DNA from: Macrostomum lignano
Taxonomy: Eukaryota
Direction: 5' to 3'
Assembly (NCBI GenBank): GCA_002269645.1
Contig: NIVC01002204.1
Location: 1-64,000 of the forward strand
Length of the DNA stretch: 64,000 bases
Of this stretch, positions 24,876-36,101 are shown one piece after another. Position 1 is the stretch's first letter, and every line of letters starts with the position of its first letter. Below the pieces are notes generated by a model that was not told where the DNA came from, did no database searches, and was given only the letters and a program-made list of their open reading frames with translations. A program made the translations under genes and the position numbers.

Positions 24876-26561
24876 TTATTGTTGCTGTTGTTCTTGTCTT
24901 TGTTGTTGTTGTTGCTGCTGCTGCTGTTGATCATTCTGTCTAATAGCATCAACAGCATTTCGAATCGACCATCTTTGCAGGATGTCGGGCAGCTCAAAAT
25001 GATGAAAGAAATAAATCATAGAGTGCTGGATGAACAACCAGCTAGTGGTTAGTGCCAGGCCACTGTACTGACCGTTGAACCGGTAGTAGTAAGCGTAGAA
25101 CCCAGCATGGTACAAGAAGAAGAACCTTGGCCAATGCCGCCTGGTAACGCTAGTATGGCACAACAGCGCCAAGAACTGATCGGATATCCAAATAATTATA
25201 ATGACGTAAAATGCCGTAGAAGAGTCCGTAAAGAAATCGCTCATTATAGTTTCCATGCCAACTAGGCCTAATATGATGGTTAATAGCTGGGCTACGGGCA
25301 GATTAGGCGGCCTCAGAGTGGTATTAAACTCTAATCGGTGAAGCAAATCCGCAATGAATAGGAATATCTGATGATGCGAATACCTAAGCAGCATAGATAT
25401 GCACAGGGTGAATATAATCATAATAAACGCCGACGGCAGATAGCTGCTTCTACTCATCCAAACGTTTACAAAGCGAAACTGATCACCCGTCACAACATTG
25501 CGCACGAAGCCTTTGTCACCAGCCTCTGCAAGGCGCTTCAAACTGGCCAATAGCAGATCGTTGTAGCCTAGAAACTCTTCTAGTAGAAACCTGCTGAACC
25601 CGTTGCCAAAGCAGGTGTGATTATTAGGATCCAGGATTACTAACTGGACAGGAATGTTGAGATTTTTTCTAGTCACAGGCGACAGCTTCAAGAAGCCGTA
25701 TTCTAGCGAGTATTCAATAATATGCTTCTCGCGTGGAAATACCAGATTAGCAAACAGTTCCAGCTCTGTTAGTGTCTCGCGAAACGGTTGCAAAGCTTTG
25801 TCTGTGTTAACATTAGCGCTGGCTACTAGATAGTCAAACAGGTAGCTAATAGTGTCACCTGAACTAGCGTCTGAATTGTTGGAGGATGAATTATTATTAA
25901 TAATCCCATTGCCACCTGTTGGATACCGAAAATTCGGCTGCTTATAAACGCTACCAACTGGAGAATAGTACATGGCTAACAATTCGGCAATACTGGGTGA
26001 GTTGCACTGTTGAGTAGCAGCATGAGCTGATGCTTGAGCACGGCTGGCTTGAGAACCAGGTGAAACCTGCTGCTGCCGCTGAGGACTATGATATTGAATC
26101 AGTTGGGCAGCGCTGAACTCTTTGTGATAAGACTGATTCAGATCGTAACCAACCGGTGCGCTTTTGATTACTTCAACTCGTAGCACACCATTTCTAGGCC
26201 AAGTAGCAATGAGATCGTCCATGCAGGTGACGGGCGCTTTCACGAAGATCAAGTGCACATACATAAGTATCATTAGTGCCGCTACGGCCACTACTAAAAG
26301 TACAAATTCTATGAATCTTCGAGCCGGCGACGGGAAAGCGCTAGCGTAGATGACGCACAATCGATGGAGAAAGAATTCGAATAGTTGATCGCGTTCAGCG
26401 TTGTTAACAACTGCGGCTGCGGCTGCGGCGGCTGGTGGAGGAGGCGGCGGAGGCGGAGGTGGCGGAGGAGGGGGTTGAGCAGGCGGAGGTGGCTGAGGCA
26501 ACGCCGCTGCAGCTCCTAACGCATTTTCTGTCGCTTCTGATGGAGCGACAGAGTCTGTCAT
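24876..26561 (-). CDS. TMEM259: Membralin (TMEM259), intronless; likely start MTDSVAP at 26561
   Basis: Motifs WPRNGVLRVE, EYSLEYGFLKLS, CFGNGFSRFLLEEFLGYNDLLLASLK, WPRFFFLYHAGFYAYYYRFNGQYSGLAL, HSMIYFFHHFELP; polyP/A N-terminus, polyQ C-terminus. Confidence 0.93.
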   Translation of the reverse strand: MTDSVAPSEATENALGAAAALPQPPPPAQPPPPPPPPPPPPPPAAAAAAAVVNNAERDQLFEFFLHRLCVIYASAFPSPARRFIEFVLLVVAVAALMILMYVHLIFVKAPVTCMDDLIATWPRNGVLRVEVIKSAPVGYDLNQSYHKEFSAAQLIQYHSPQRQQQVSPGSQASRAQASAHAATQQCNSPSIAELLAMYYSPVGSVYKQPNFRYPTGGNGIINNNSSSNNSDASSGDTISYLFDYLVASANVNTDKALQPFRETLTELELFANLVFPREKHIIEYSLEYGFLKLSPVTRKNLNIPVQLVILDPNNHTCFGNGFSRFLLEEFLGYNDLLLASLKRLAEAGDKGFVRNVVTGDQFRFVNVWMSRSSYLPSAFIMIIFTLCISMLLRYSHHQIFLFIADLLHRLEFNTTLRPPNLPVAQLLTIILGLVGMETIMSDFFTDSSTAFYVIIIIWISDQFLALLCHTSVTRRHWPRFFFLYHAGFYAYYYRFNGQYSGLALTTSWLFIQHSMIYFFHHFELPDILQRWSIRNAVDAIRQNDQQQQQQQQQQRQEQQQQ

Positions 26562-26785
26562 TGTTTTTTGCCGGGGCTGTTTCAAATATTAAACAGTGAT
26601 GAATGATGTTATCAGCATAAATTTTAGTGCAATAGAAGATAAAAAGCGTAAGAATCTTTGATGCGCACAGAAGTTTCCTATCAATGAACTATAGCGATTA
26701 AAGACATAACTAAATTAGTCTTGCTAATTTGGAAAATTCTGAACAATCTGAATTTTGAAATCCTGTAGAAGGAAAACAGGTTGGG

Positions 26786-26944
26786 CCATAGACAATATAC
26801 CAATATTGATGGGCTGCAGAGGGCAGAAATGAGCTATAACGCCGAGGCGCGTAGCTCGTTTCTGCCCGATGCGGCCCATCCATATTAGTTTTATAGTTAG
26901 CGAGCGTGAAACCGCGTTTCACGGGCCGCTGAGACTGTCTATGG
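26786..26944. mobile_element. Small MITE with CCATAGACA termini and an internal hairpin of about 30 bp
   Basis: CCATAGACA at 26786, TGTCTATGG at 26936; GATGGGCTGCA..GGGCAGAAATGAGCTA / TAGCTCGTTTCTGCCC..TGCGGCCCATC; no TSD. Confidence 0.6.
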
Positions 26945-28173
26945 TAAAATCCCATTTACTCCAATGCATTCAGTTGGTTTCACGGCCCGCTGAAAATGTC
27001 TATGGCAAAGTCAGAAGAAAGCGGGGTCAAGGGGGCGCTGAGCCCTCTTGCGGGGGTGTGGGGGCGGAGCCCCCACATTAGCACACCAGCACACAAGACA
27101 AATAAAGAAATAATGAAATCCAAAAATTGTCTATGGCCAAAACTCATTTTGTGAATTGAAAAAATAGTAACTGATTATTAAGCACTTATTAATTACTAAG
27201 AATTATTAAGCAGCACTAAGCTTTACTTTTAAAATATACAAGTTGTAGAAACATTAACTAGATACTTAAATGCATACGAGTTTTTTTACTTATTGAAGTT
27301 GGCCATAGATTATTGCAGCGGGCGGGATGCCGTGCGTTTCTCCCCGTTTCAACACGCCTAGGCTAACTATAATACGTTTAACACAGACTAATTACAAGGT
27401 CTGTTGCTGCCGCCAGTAGCAGCGTTACTGTATGTATCCGCACAAGGTCGCTTTCTTGAATAATGCTTTCAGTCTGTAAGTCTCAGTCGAGTATTTTAGT
27501 CAGAAATTCGCGTGTTGTCTATGGCTCAGAGCTGTCTCTAGTCGACTTGACTAAGTTGTGTATATCTCTACTCTACAGTGAAAAATAGGCTTTGACCATA
27601 GACAAATCTTATAAATTAGTTTCTGCTATAAAGTAAGGTCAAACTCTTTTTAGTAGAGGGGAACTCTTTACCATAGATCGTATTGTCCCTACATAGGCCA
27701 CTCACACTACGGGTACTTTGGTGCGCCCATAGACCCCAATCTATTTCTTTAAAATTTTAGCGACCACCGCCATTTTATAGTTCTAAAAATGTTTCACAGA
27801 GACTGAGAAGCTCTCGCAGAGAAAAAAAAGTTGAAAATAGAGTTGGCAAAACAAACGACAAACAGCTTTAGTTTAGAAGGCCGAGTCAGACAAAGAAGAC
27901 GCTAAAGGCACAATAGCCACAAGGTGTAGCCCCTCCATCACGCCATTTTTTTTCTACCGGAATTTCGTCTCTTGTTCTATTTTCTCTTTAAATAGATGTG
28001 TGCGTAAATTTCGAATGTACGTACAGCGACAATGTGGGGGCAAGGGTAAGGGCTTATAAAAACATCGAATTCAAGGCGACTATGTGAAGTACAGTTAAGC
28101 TAAAGAAGCGAGCGAGCCTGTCAGTTTTGTTAACCTTGGAAACCAGAGATAATTTTTTGCTAAGACGTAAAAA

Positions 28174-30136
28174 ATGAATTCTGACCTACGAAGGATTCAA
28201 TTCCTTGTTCTTGTTTTGGCAACCGCGTTTGGTAAGACTTAATAGCAGCTTTTTATAAGAATGTGATAATTCACAACTGATAACTTCAGTATGTGATAAT
28301 TCTCCATAGGGCTAAAATTTGATTCTCCAGGAGGCTAAAGGGTGATTCTCCATGGAACTAAAGGGTGATTTGGGATTTGGGTGATTCTCCATGGGATGTG
28401 GGTGATTCTCCATGGGACTAAAGGGTGATTCTCCATGGCAATGAAGGAATATTCTCCACGGGACTAAAGGGAGACTATCTATGGGACTAAATGGTGATTC
28501 TCCATAGGAATAAAGGGAGATTATTTATGAGACTAAAGGGTGATTCTCCATGGCAATGAAGGAATATTTTCCACGTGACTAAAGGGAGATTATCTATGGG
28601 GCTAAAGGGTGATTCTCCATGGGACTAAAGGGAGATTATCTATTGGGCTAAAGGGTGATTCTCCATGGGACTAAAGGGAGATTATCTATTGGGCTAAAGG
28701 GTGATTCTCCATGGGACTAAAGGGAGATTATCTATTGGGCTAAAGGGTGATTTTCCATGGGGTTGACAGCAATTCTTCATAAAATCTTGCCAAGAAGCCA
28801 CTATCTACGTATTTTTACACAATCAGGCGGTGCTTTGAGCATCAAATGCTACGTGGGTAGCGGCAGCGTCTATTGGAAAAGCGGAGTGCTGGAGACCTGC
28901 AGCAATGCTGTGTTTTACTGTCACTATTATTACACTACCGTGGCTGGCATTCCGGTAAGCAGTCACCACACTCAGACATCCACTTTTAACACACTCAGAC
29001 ACCCAATTTTACCACACTCAGACACCCACTTTTTGGGTTTAACAGGCACGTAACGCGCATAACACGTAACAGGCATATACTTTTATCACACTCAGATATC
29101 CACTGCTCCCACACTCAGATATCCACTGTTCCACACTCAGATATCCACTGTTCCACACTCAGATATCCACTGCTCCCACACTCAGATATCCACTGTTCCA
29201 CACTCAGATATCCACTGCTCCCACACTCAGATATCCACTGTTCCACACTCAGATATCCACTGCTCCCACACTCAGATATCCACTGTTCCACACTCAGATA
29301 TCCACTGCTCCCACACTCAGATATCCACTGTTCCACACTCAGATATCCACTGCTCCCACACTCAGATATCCACTGTTCCACACTCAGATATCCACTGCTC
29401 CCACACTGAAGGCACCCACTGCTCCCACACTCAGATATCCACTGTTCCCACACTCAGATATCCACTGCTCCCACACTCAGATATCCACTGTTCCACACTC
29501 AGATATCCACTGCTCCCACACTCAGATATCCACTGCTCCCACACTCAGATATCCACTGTTTCACACTCAGATATCCACTGCTCCCACACTCAGATATCCA
29601 CTGTTCCACACTCAGATATCCACTGCTCCCACACTCAGATATCCACTGTTCCACACTCAGATATCCACTGCTCCCACACTCAGATATCCACTGTTCCACA
29701 CTCAGATATCCACTGCTCCCACACTGAAGGCACCCACTGTTCCCACACTGAGATATCCACTGTTCCCACACAGATATCCACTGTTTCACACTCAGATATC
29801 CACTGTTCCACACTCAGATATCCACTGTTCCACACTCAGATATCCACTGTTCCACACTCAGATATCCACTGTTCCACACTCAGATATCCACTGTTCCACA
29901 CTCAGATATCCACTGTTCCACACTCAGATATCCACTGCTCCCACCCTCAACCTGTGCATTTTCAGTACTACTACAAAGGCTGCGGCACCTGCAGTCCCAC
30001 ACAGTCCAACTGCAATCAATGCTCAGGTACAGACGGATGCAACACTAGCGATCGAATTCGAACAAGCGGCGGAGTACTTTTAACCACAGCTCTGACAATG
30101 GCCGTATGGGCAATGGGACGATTGCTTGAAATTTGA
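28174..30136 (+). CDS. Ly6/CD59/quiver-like gene C: one three-finger domain, GPI signal, about 118 aa; exons 28174-28231, 28827-28954, 29966-30136
   Basis: Phases 1,0; leader RIQFLVLVLATAFG; IKCY..TC..YC, KGCGTC..CNQCSGTDGCN, hydrophobic tail. Confidence 0.85.
28295..28760. repeat. 22-23-bp alternating satellite in intron 1 of gene C
   Basis: GGCTAAAGGGTGATTCTCCATG / GGACTAAAGGGAGATTATCTATT units. Confidence 0.9.
28965..29945. repeat. 22/23-bp satellite (CACACTCAGATATCCACTGTTC / ..GCTCC), 45-bp dimer, intron 2 of gene C
   Basis: Direct periodicity. Confidence 0.95.
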
Positions 30137-30659
30137 TATGCTTATAGATTAAACTCTTTGATGCAGACGATATGTATCGAAAAATAACATTTTGTAGCTT
30201 ACGAGTTAGAGTGTGAAGTATGGCAAATGAAACAATTTTCTAATGAAATTTAGATTAGAAATGATATCTAAATTATTATTTAATTGTAAGCTATCTTTGA
30301 CAAACATCCTACTTAAATAGACATATCATGTAAATCTAAATATACTAAATTTACTAATAAAGACAGTTATTATAAAAAAGTCTAAAAGAATAAGGACAAG
30401 AGCTTGCGTTTAAATAATCATTTGGAAGGTTTGTATTTCAATGACAAAAGAACAATTCATTGAACTTTAGTAATAAACACAAATGACTAACACTTATTAT
30501 CTTATTAACATGTGCAACACGCAAGACACATAAAATGTCATTAAAATGCTTGCAAATTGACTTCTACAAGTACTACTACTACTGTAGACTCGCACACAAT
30601 TTATGCCGTAATCCATCTTTTGAGCATACAAATATTGACAATTGGGCATACTTTACTTA

Positions 30660-32385
30660 TTAATCTACTTATCTAGCTGTCTAGTCTACTTATCTAGCTG
30701 TCTACTCTACTTATCTAGCAGTCTACTCTACTTATCTAGCAGTCTACTCTACTCATCTAGCTGTCTACTCTACTCATCTAGCTGTCTACTCTACTTATCT
30801 AGCAGTCTACTCTACTCATCTAGCTGTCTACTCTTCTCATCTAGCTGTCTACTCTACTTATCTAGCTGTCTACTCTACTTATCTAGCAGTCTACTCTACT
30901 TACTAGCTGTCTACTCTACTCATCTAGCTGTCTACTCTACTCATCTAGCTGTCTACTCTACTTATCTAGCAGTCTACTCTACTCATCTAGCTGTCTACTC
31001 TACTTATCTAGCTGTCTACTCTACTCATCTAGCTGTCTACTCTACTTATCTAGCAGTCTACTCTACTCATCTCGCTGTCTACTCTACTTATCTAGCAGTC
31101 TACTCTACTCATCTAGCTGTCTACTCTACTTATCTAGCAGTCTACTCTACTTATCTAGCTGTCTACTCTACTCATCTAGCTGTCTACTCTACTCATCTAG
31201 CTGTCTACTTTACTTATCTAGCTGTCTACTCTAATCATCTAGCTGTCTACTCTACTCATCTAGCTGTCTACTCTACTCATCTAGCTGTCTACTCTACTCA
31301 TCTAGCTGTCTAATATTCTCATCTACCTGTCTACTCTACTCATCTAGCTGTCTACTCTACTTATCTAGCAGTCTACTCTACTTATCTAGCTGTCTACTCT
31401 ACTCATCTAGCTGTCTACTCTACTCATCTAGCTGTCTAATCTTCTCATCTAGCTGTCTACTCTACTCATCTAGCTGTCTACTCTACTCATCTAGCTGCCT
31501 AATATTCTCATCTACCTGTCTACTCTACTCATCTAGCTGTCTACTCTACTTATCTAGCAGTCTACTCTACTTATCTAGCTGTCTACTCTACTCATCTAGC
31601 TGTCTACTCTACTCATCTAGCTGTCTACTCTACTCATCTAGCTGTCTACTCTACTTATCTAGCAGTCTACTCTACTCATCTAGCTGTCTAATATTCTCAT
31701 CTAGCTGTCTAATATTCTCATCTAGCTGTCTACTCTACTCATCTAGCTGTCTACTCTACTCATCTAGCTGTCTAATCTTCTCATCTAGCTGTCTACTCTA
31801 CTCATCTAGCTGTCTACTCTACTCATCTAGCTGTCTAATATTCTCATCTACCTGTCTACTCTACTCATCTAGCTGTCTACTCTACTTATCTAGCAGTCTA
31901 CTCTACTTATCTAGCTGTCTACTCTACTCATCTAGCTGTCTACTCTACTCATCTAGCTGTCTAATCTTCTCATCTAGCTGTCTAATCTTCTCATCTAGCT
32001 GTCTACTCTACTCATCTAGCTGTCTACTCTACTCATCTAGCTGTCTAATATTCTCATCTACCTGTCTACTCTACTCATCTAGCTGTCTACTCTACTTATC
32101 TAGCAGTCTACTCTACTTATCTAGCTGTCTACTCTACTTATCTAGCTGTCTACTCTACTCATCTAGCTGTCTAATCTTCTCATCTAGCTGTCTAATCTTC
32201 TCATCTAGCTGTCTACTCTACTCATCTAGCTGTCTACTCTACTCATCTAGCTGTCTAATCTTCTCATCTAGCTGTCTACTCTACTCATCTGGCTGTCTAC
32301 TCTACTCGTATAGCTGTCTAATCTTCTCATCTAGCTGTCTACTCTACTCATCTAGCTGTATACTCTACTCATCTAGCTAGCTACT
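30660..32385. repeat. 21-bp satellite (CTACTCTACTCATCTAGCTGT), about 80 copies
   Basis: Direct periodicity; ends about 115 bp from the MRPL48 stop. Confidence 0.97.
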
Positions 32386-32499
32386 CTTATTCAATGAGAG
32401 CTTTAATAAAGCTTATACCAAGCATTTAATTACTGGATTTCTGCACTTCAATGCAAACAGACTCATAGTGAATGCGATGCTAATTAATAGGACAAACAG

Positions 32500-33063
32500 T
32501 TACTTCCCACTTCGCCCAAGCTCAACTTGCTTCTTCAACTCTTGAACTTCTAAATCTGGCACAAATCTGAACTCGTCATCCTCTTCGCTTGGCTGTTCAA
32601 TTTTCAAATTGACACCTTCGGGCAGGTTGTGAGCCAGCAAGTTAATTAATAGGCTCATTTCCACTGCCGGCAAATTATCAACGATTAATACCCGACGATA
32701 GGTGATTAATTGAAAAGTGTCGCGCACCTTAGTAGACTCAGGCTGGTATAAATCTACAATAGTTTTGCGCTGAGGATAGGGCACCTGTCTGCAGTTGTCT
32801 GGGCCCAGTTTGAACTGATTGCGCAACAGGCTGTGAGCGTATTTAACGAATCTTTCCAATACGGGGTACTCGTGACAGGTGAATGACAGATTGAATTGGT
32901 TAGCTGCGGGATAGTCGGGCTTGTAGTCCAGATATTCCGGCTCGTACACTCGAGGCAATCGAGGCGCTGGCTGGTCGCATAGTAACCGAGTCGGTTGCCA
33001 TGGTAACCGAGAAAAACGGCAATAATTAAGCAGGGTCGTCGACAATCTGCTTAATGACGGCAT
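32500..33063 (-). CDS. MRPL48: Mitochondrial ribosomal protein mL48, intronless, about 187 aa (start MPSLSRL)
   Basis: Arg/Ser/Leu-rich leader; YEPEY, TYRRVLIV, NLPEGVNLKI, EEDDEFRF match mL48 (S10-like fold); the upstream ORF extension is repeat-derived. Confidence 0.82.
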   Translation of the reverse strand: MPSLSRLSTTLLNYCRFSRLPWQPTRLLCDQPAPRLPRVYEPEYLDYKPDYPAANQFNLSFTCHEYPVLERFVKYAHSLLRNQFKLGPDNCRQVPYPQRKTIVDLYQPESTKVRDTFQLITYRRVLIVDNLPAVEMSLLINLLAHNLPEGVNLKIEQPSEEDDEFRFVPDLEVQELKKQVELGRSGK

Positions 33064-33174
33064 TGGATACTTGTGATATTCTTTGCATGAACAGATTGAT
33101 AAAAGTGCATGATGACAATAAATAATTGATTGACAGATAATAATGGATAGATTGATTGACAGGTGATAAGTGAT

Positions 33175-33380
33175 TTGAGTGACGGATAATAATGGATAGA
33201 TGTGAGTGACAGGTGAGAATTGATAGATTTGAGTGACAGATGAGAATTGATAGATTTGAGTGACAGGTGAGAATTGATAGATTTGAGTGACAGATGAGAA
33301 TTGATAGATTTGAGTGACAGGTGAGAATTGATAGATTTGAGTGACAGGTGATGATTGACAGGTTGATGGACAGGTGAGAA
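33175..33380. repeat. 27-bp repeat (GACAGGTGAGAATTGATAGATTTGAGT) upstream of MRPL48
   Basis: About 6 copies. Confidence 0.9.
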
Positions 33381-34139
33381 TGGCAACTTTAAAATCTAGG
33401 AAAAAACAAAATTCTATGATGCAACTGGCACTTGTGCCGTAAAGAGCAAATGACAACAAAGACGAAATTTTCAGAGAAAGTGGAATATTCAAAAGAAAAT
33501 TTAAATAGTTTACTTAATTTTTGACTTAAAAAGGAATTACTACTATAAGGAAATCTAAAGACATTGAAAAACCTTTTCGCTAAATTGAAAACAAAGGCAA
33601 ACTCTGAATATTAACATAAATTACAAGGATTATGCTCGTGAGAGTAAACGTAAGTAAGGAATTATTTATTATCCAGACGCTACTTTAAATTATTTAAAAA
33701 AAGTGAAAAAAGTGGATGCCAAAATCGAAATATTGCATATGATAAGCAGGCGTAAATAATTGATGGTGCTGAAACCTACAGGCATAAATATAAACTAATT
33801 GGAATCACAATGGGCTAGGAATAAAAAAAGAAAGATCGAATAGACAACAGTTCTTTTTCTATAGAAAATCAAATTAATCTAATCCACGCGCATGAGAGAC
33901 TGCACTAGTTCGAATAGAATTGGACGAGAGACACAAATACTATTGATATTTTCCGGCAGGTTAATGGTGCTGGTGCACTAAACAGCATGAAAAAGCAAGT
34001 CGATAAGAAAAGAAAACGATTAATATCAGATCTTTATGGAGTAAAACTAACAGTTTTTCTTTGCACAGGTTTAATTGTACTGCTCTACTTCTTTCCAAGA
34101 ATTTTGTGTACATTTGAAGTGAGTCAATTAATTAATTAA

Positions 34140-34890
34140 GAGCGAGTGTACATTGGGGTGAGTGGCTGGGGGCTGTTCGGGAGCGAGTGTACATTGGGGT
34201 GAGTGGCTGGGGGCTGTTCGGGAGCGAATGTACATTGGGGTGAGTGGCTGGGGGCTGTTCGGGAGCGAGTGTACATTGGGGTGAGTGGCTGGGGGCTGTT
34301 CGGGAGCGAGTGTACATTGGGGTGGGTGGCTGGGGGCTGTTCGGGAGCGAATGTACATTGGGGTGAGTGGCTGGGGGCTGTTCGGGAGCGAGTGTACATT
34401 GGGGTGGGTGGCTGGGGGCTGTTCGGGAGCGAGTGTACATTGGGGTGAGTGGCTGGGGGCTGTTCGGGAGCGAGTGTACATTGGGGTGGGTGGCTGGGGG
34501 CTGTTCGGGAGCGAGTGTACATTGGGGTGAGTGGCTGGGGCTGTTCGGGAACGAGTGAACATTGGGGTGTACAGCTGGGGGCTGGTCGGGAGCGAGTGTA
34601 CATTGGGGTGGGTGGCTGCGGATGGTCGGGAGTGAGTGTACATTGGGGTGGGTGACTGCGGGCTGGTCGGGAGCGAATGTACATTGGGGTGGGTGGCTGC
34701 GGGCTGGTCGGGAGCGAATGTACATTGGGGTGGGTGGCTGCGGGCTGGTCGGGAGTAAGTGTACATTGGGGTGGGTGACTGCGGGCTGGTCGGGAGCGAA
34801 TGTACATTGGGGTGGGTGGTTGCGGGCTGGTCGGGACTCGGGAGTGAGTGTACATTGGGGTGTGTGGCTGCGGGCTGGTCGGGAGTGAAT
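34140..34890. repeat. 41-bp G-rich satellite, array 1
   Basis: GGGAGCGAGTGTACATTGGGGTGRGTGGCTG.. about 18 copies; same family as 40533-41170. Confidence 0.95.
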
Positions 34891-35789
34891 GTACGTTTAT
34901 TTAAGTGTTTAACAGCCTACTCGATGTAAATTAAATATACATTGATAATGAACCACAGTATCTGGGTAAATAAAATCTAATTGCAAAAATAAAAAAGCAT
35001 CGGAATGCACACAGGCAAGCATAAAATGATATAATCAAAAAAGAATTAAAATCTTTACCATACATTTTTAAGTAGCTGTTGTTTTCCTACATTTTCCGCA
35101 GCAGCAGCAAATAAAACATCGAAAAAACTCTTTAAACAATAAAAGCAGAAAACGAAAAAAATATTCCGACTCGAAGAGAAATTCCGTAAATAAGGACATT
35201 AAAAAATAACAATAAATGTCAACTGTGTTCAGGTCAGCCGGATAGCGCGGATTATCTGTCATTTAAAAACAATAGCAGCTCTATTGTACAAATACGGATC
35301 TAAGTAGTATATAAAAAGCATAATAGATGCTTTTAAGTATGTAAAGATAGCAAAATTAACAACATTTAAATATATAGATAAACAATACACAGACAGTCAG
35401 AAATGATAGCTGCAGTGCATCAGGATATAGAAATATTTAATAAAAGTACACAAAAGAATTGCAAATTTGCAAACAATTTTCTCACGACAGCTGGCATAGA
35501 GAAAGTAAGTAAAATTGTTGAAATTCAAGGCGCACTGAGGCGGCTATGATAGTGTCAACTGTTGCGCATCATGCTACTTATTAGTATCTATTTATAGCAG
35601 TAGTTTTAGACATTTTTATAAGTATTATCCGTAGAAATAATGAAAAATATGCTCAATAGGTTCATTTAGCCTAAGCCCAGCACAGCAACATTTTTTACTC
35701 TTAATTTTTAATCCTAATCTGGACCCACCAAAAATCTGAATTGTGCCGCATTTGACTGCATAGTAGCCTTATCTAACCTCCGTCTGACT

Positions 35790-36075
35790 ACAGACGTGAC
35801 CTTATTTGACCTTCCACCGTTTTACTACAGACGTGACCTTATTTGACCTCTCCCGGCTGATTACAAGCGTGACCTTATTTGACCTCTCCCGGCTGATTAC
35901 AAGCGTGACCTTATTTGACCTCTCCCGGCTGATTACAAACGTAACCTTATTCGACCTCCCCGGCTGATTACTACCGTGACCTTATTTGACCTCCCCAGGC
36001 TGATTACAGACGTGACCTTATTTGACCTCCCTATCTGATTACGCACATGACCTTATTTGACCCTCAGTTTGACCT
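35790..36075. repeat. 36-bp repeat containing TGACCTtattTGACCT
   Basis: About 8 copies beginning about 30 nt after the CRAL-TRIO-1 stop. Confidence 0.9.
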
Positions 36076-36101
36076 TAGCTATGAACTTATTTCCCTTGCC
36101 C

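Noticed and set aside
24791-25052. PolyN / polyL ORFs at the membralin 3' end
   Set aside because: Alternative frames of the CAA-rich microsatellite
32500-33492. 330-aa N-terminally extended MRPL48
   Set aside because: The extension starts at a non-ATG codon and crosses a 27-bp repeat; the ATG at 33063 gives a normal-sized protein with a targeting peptide
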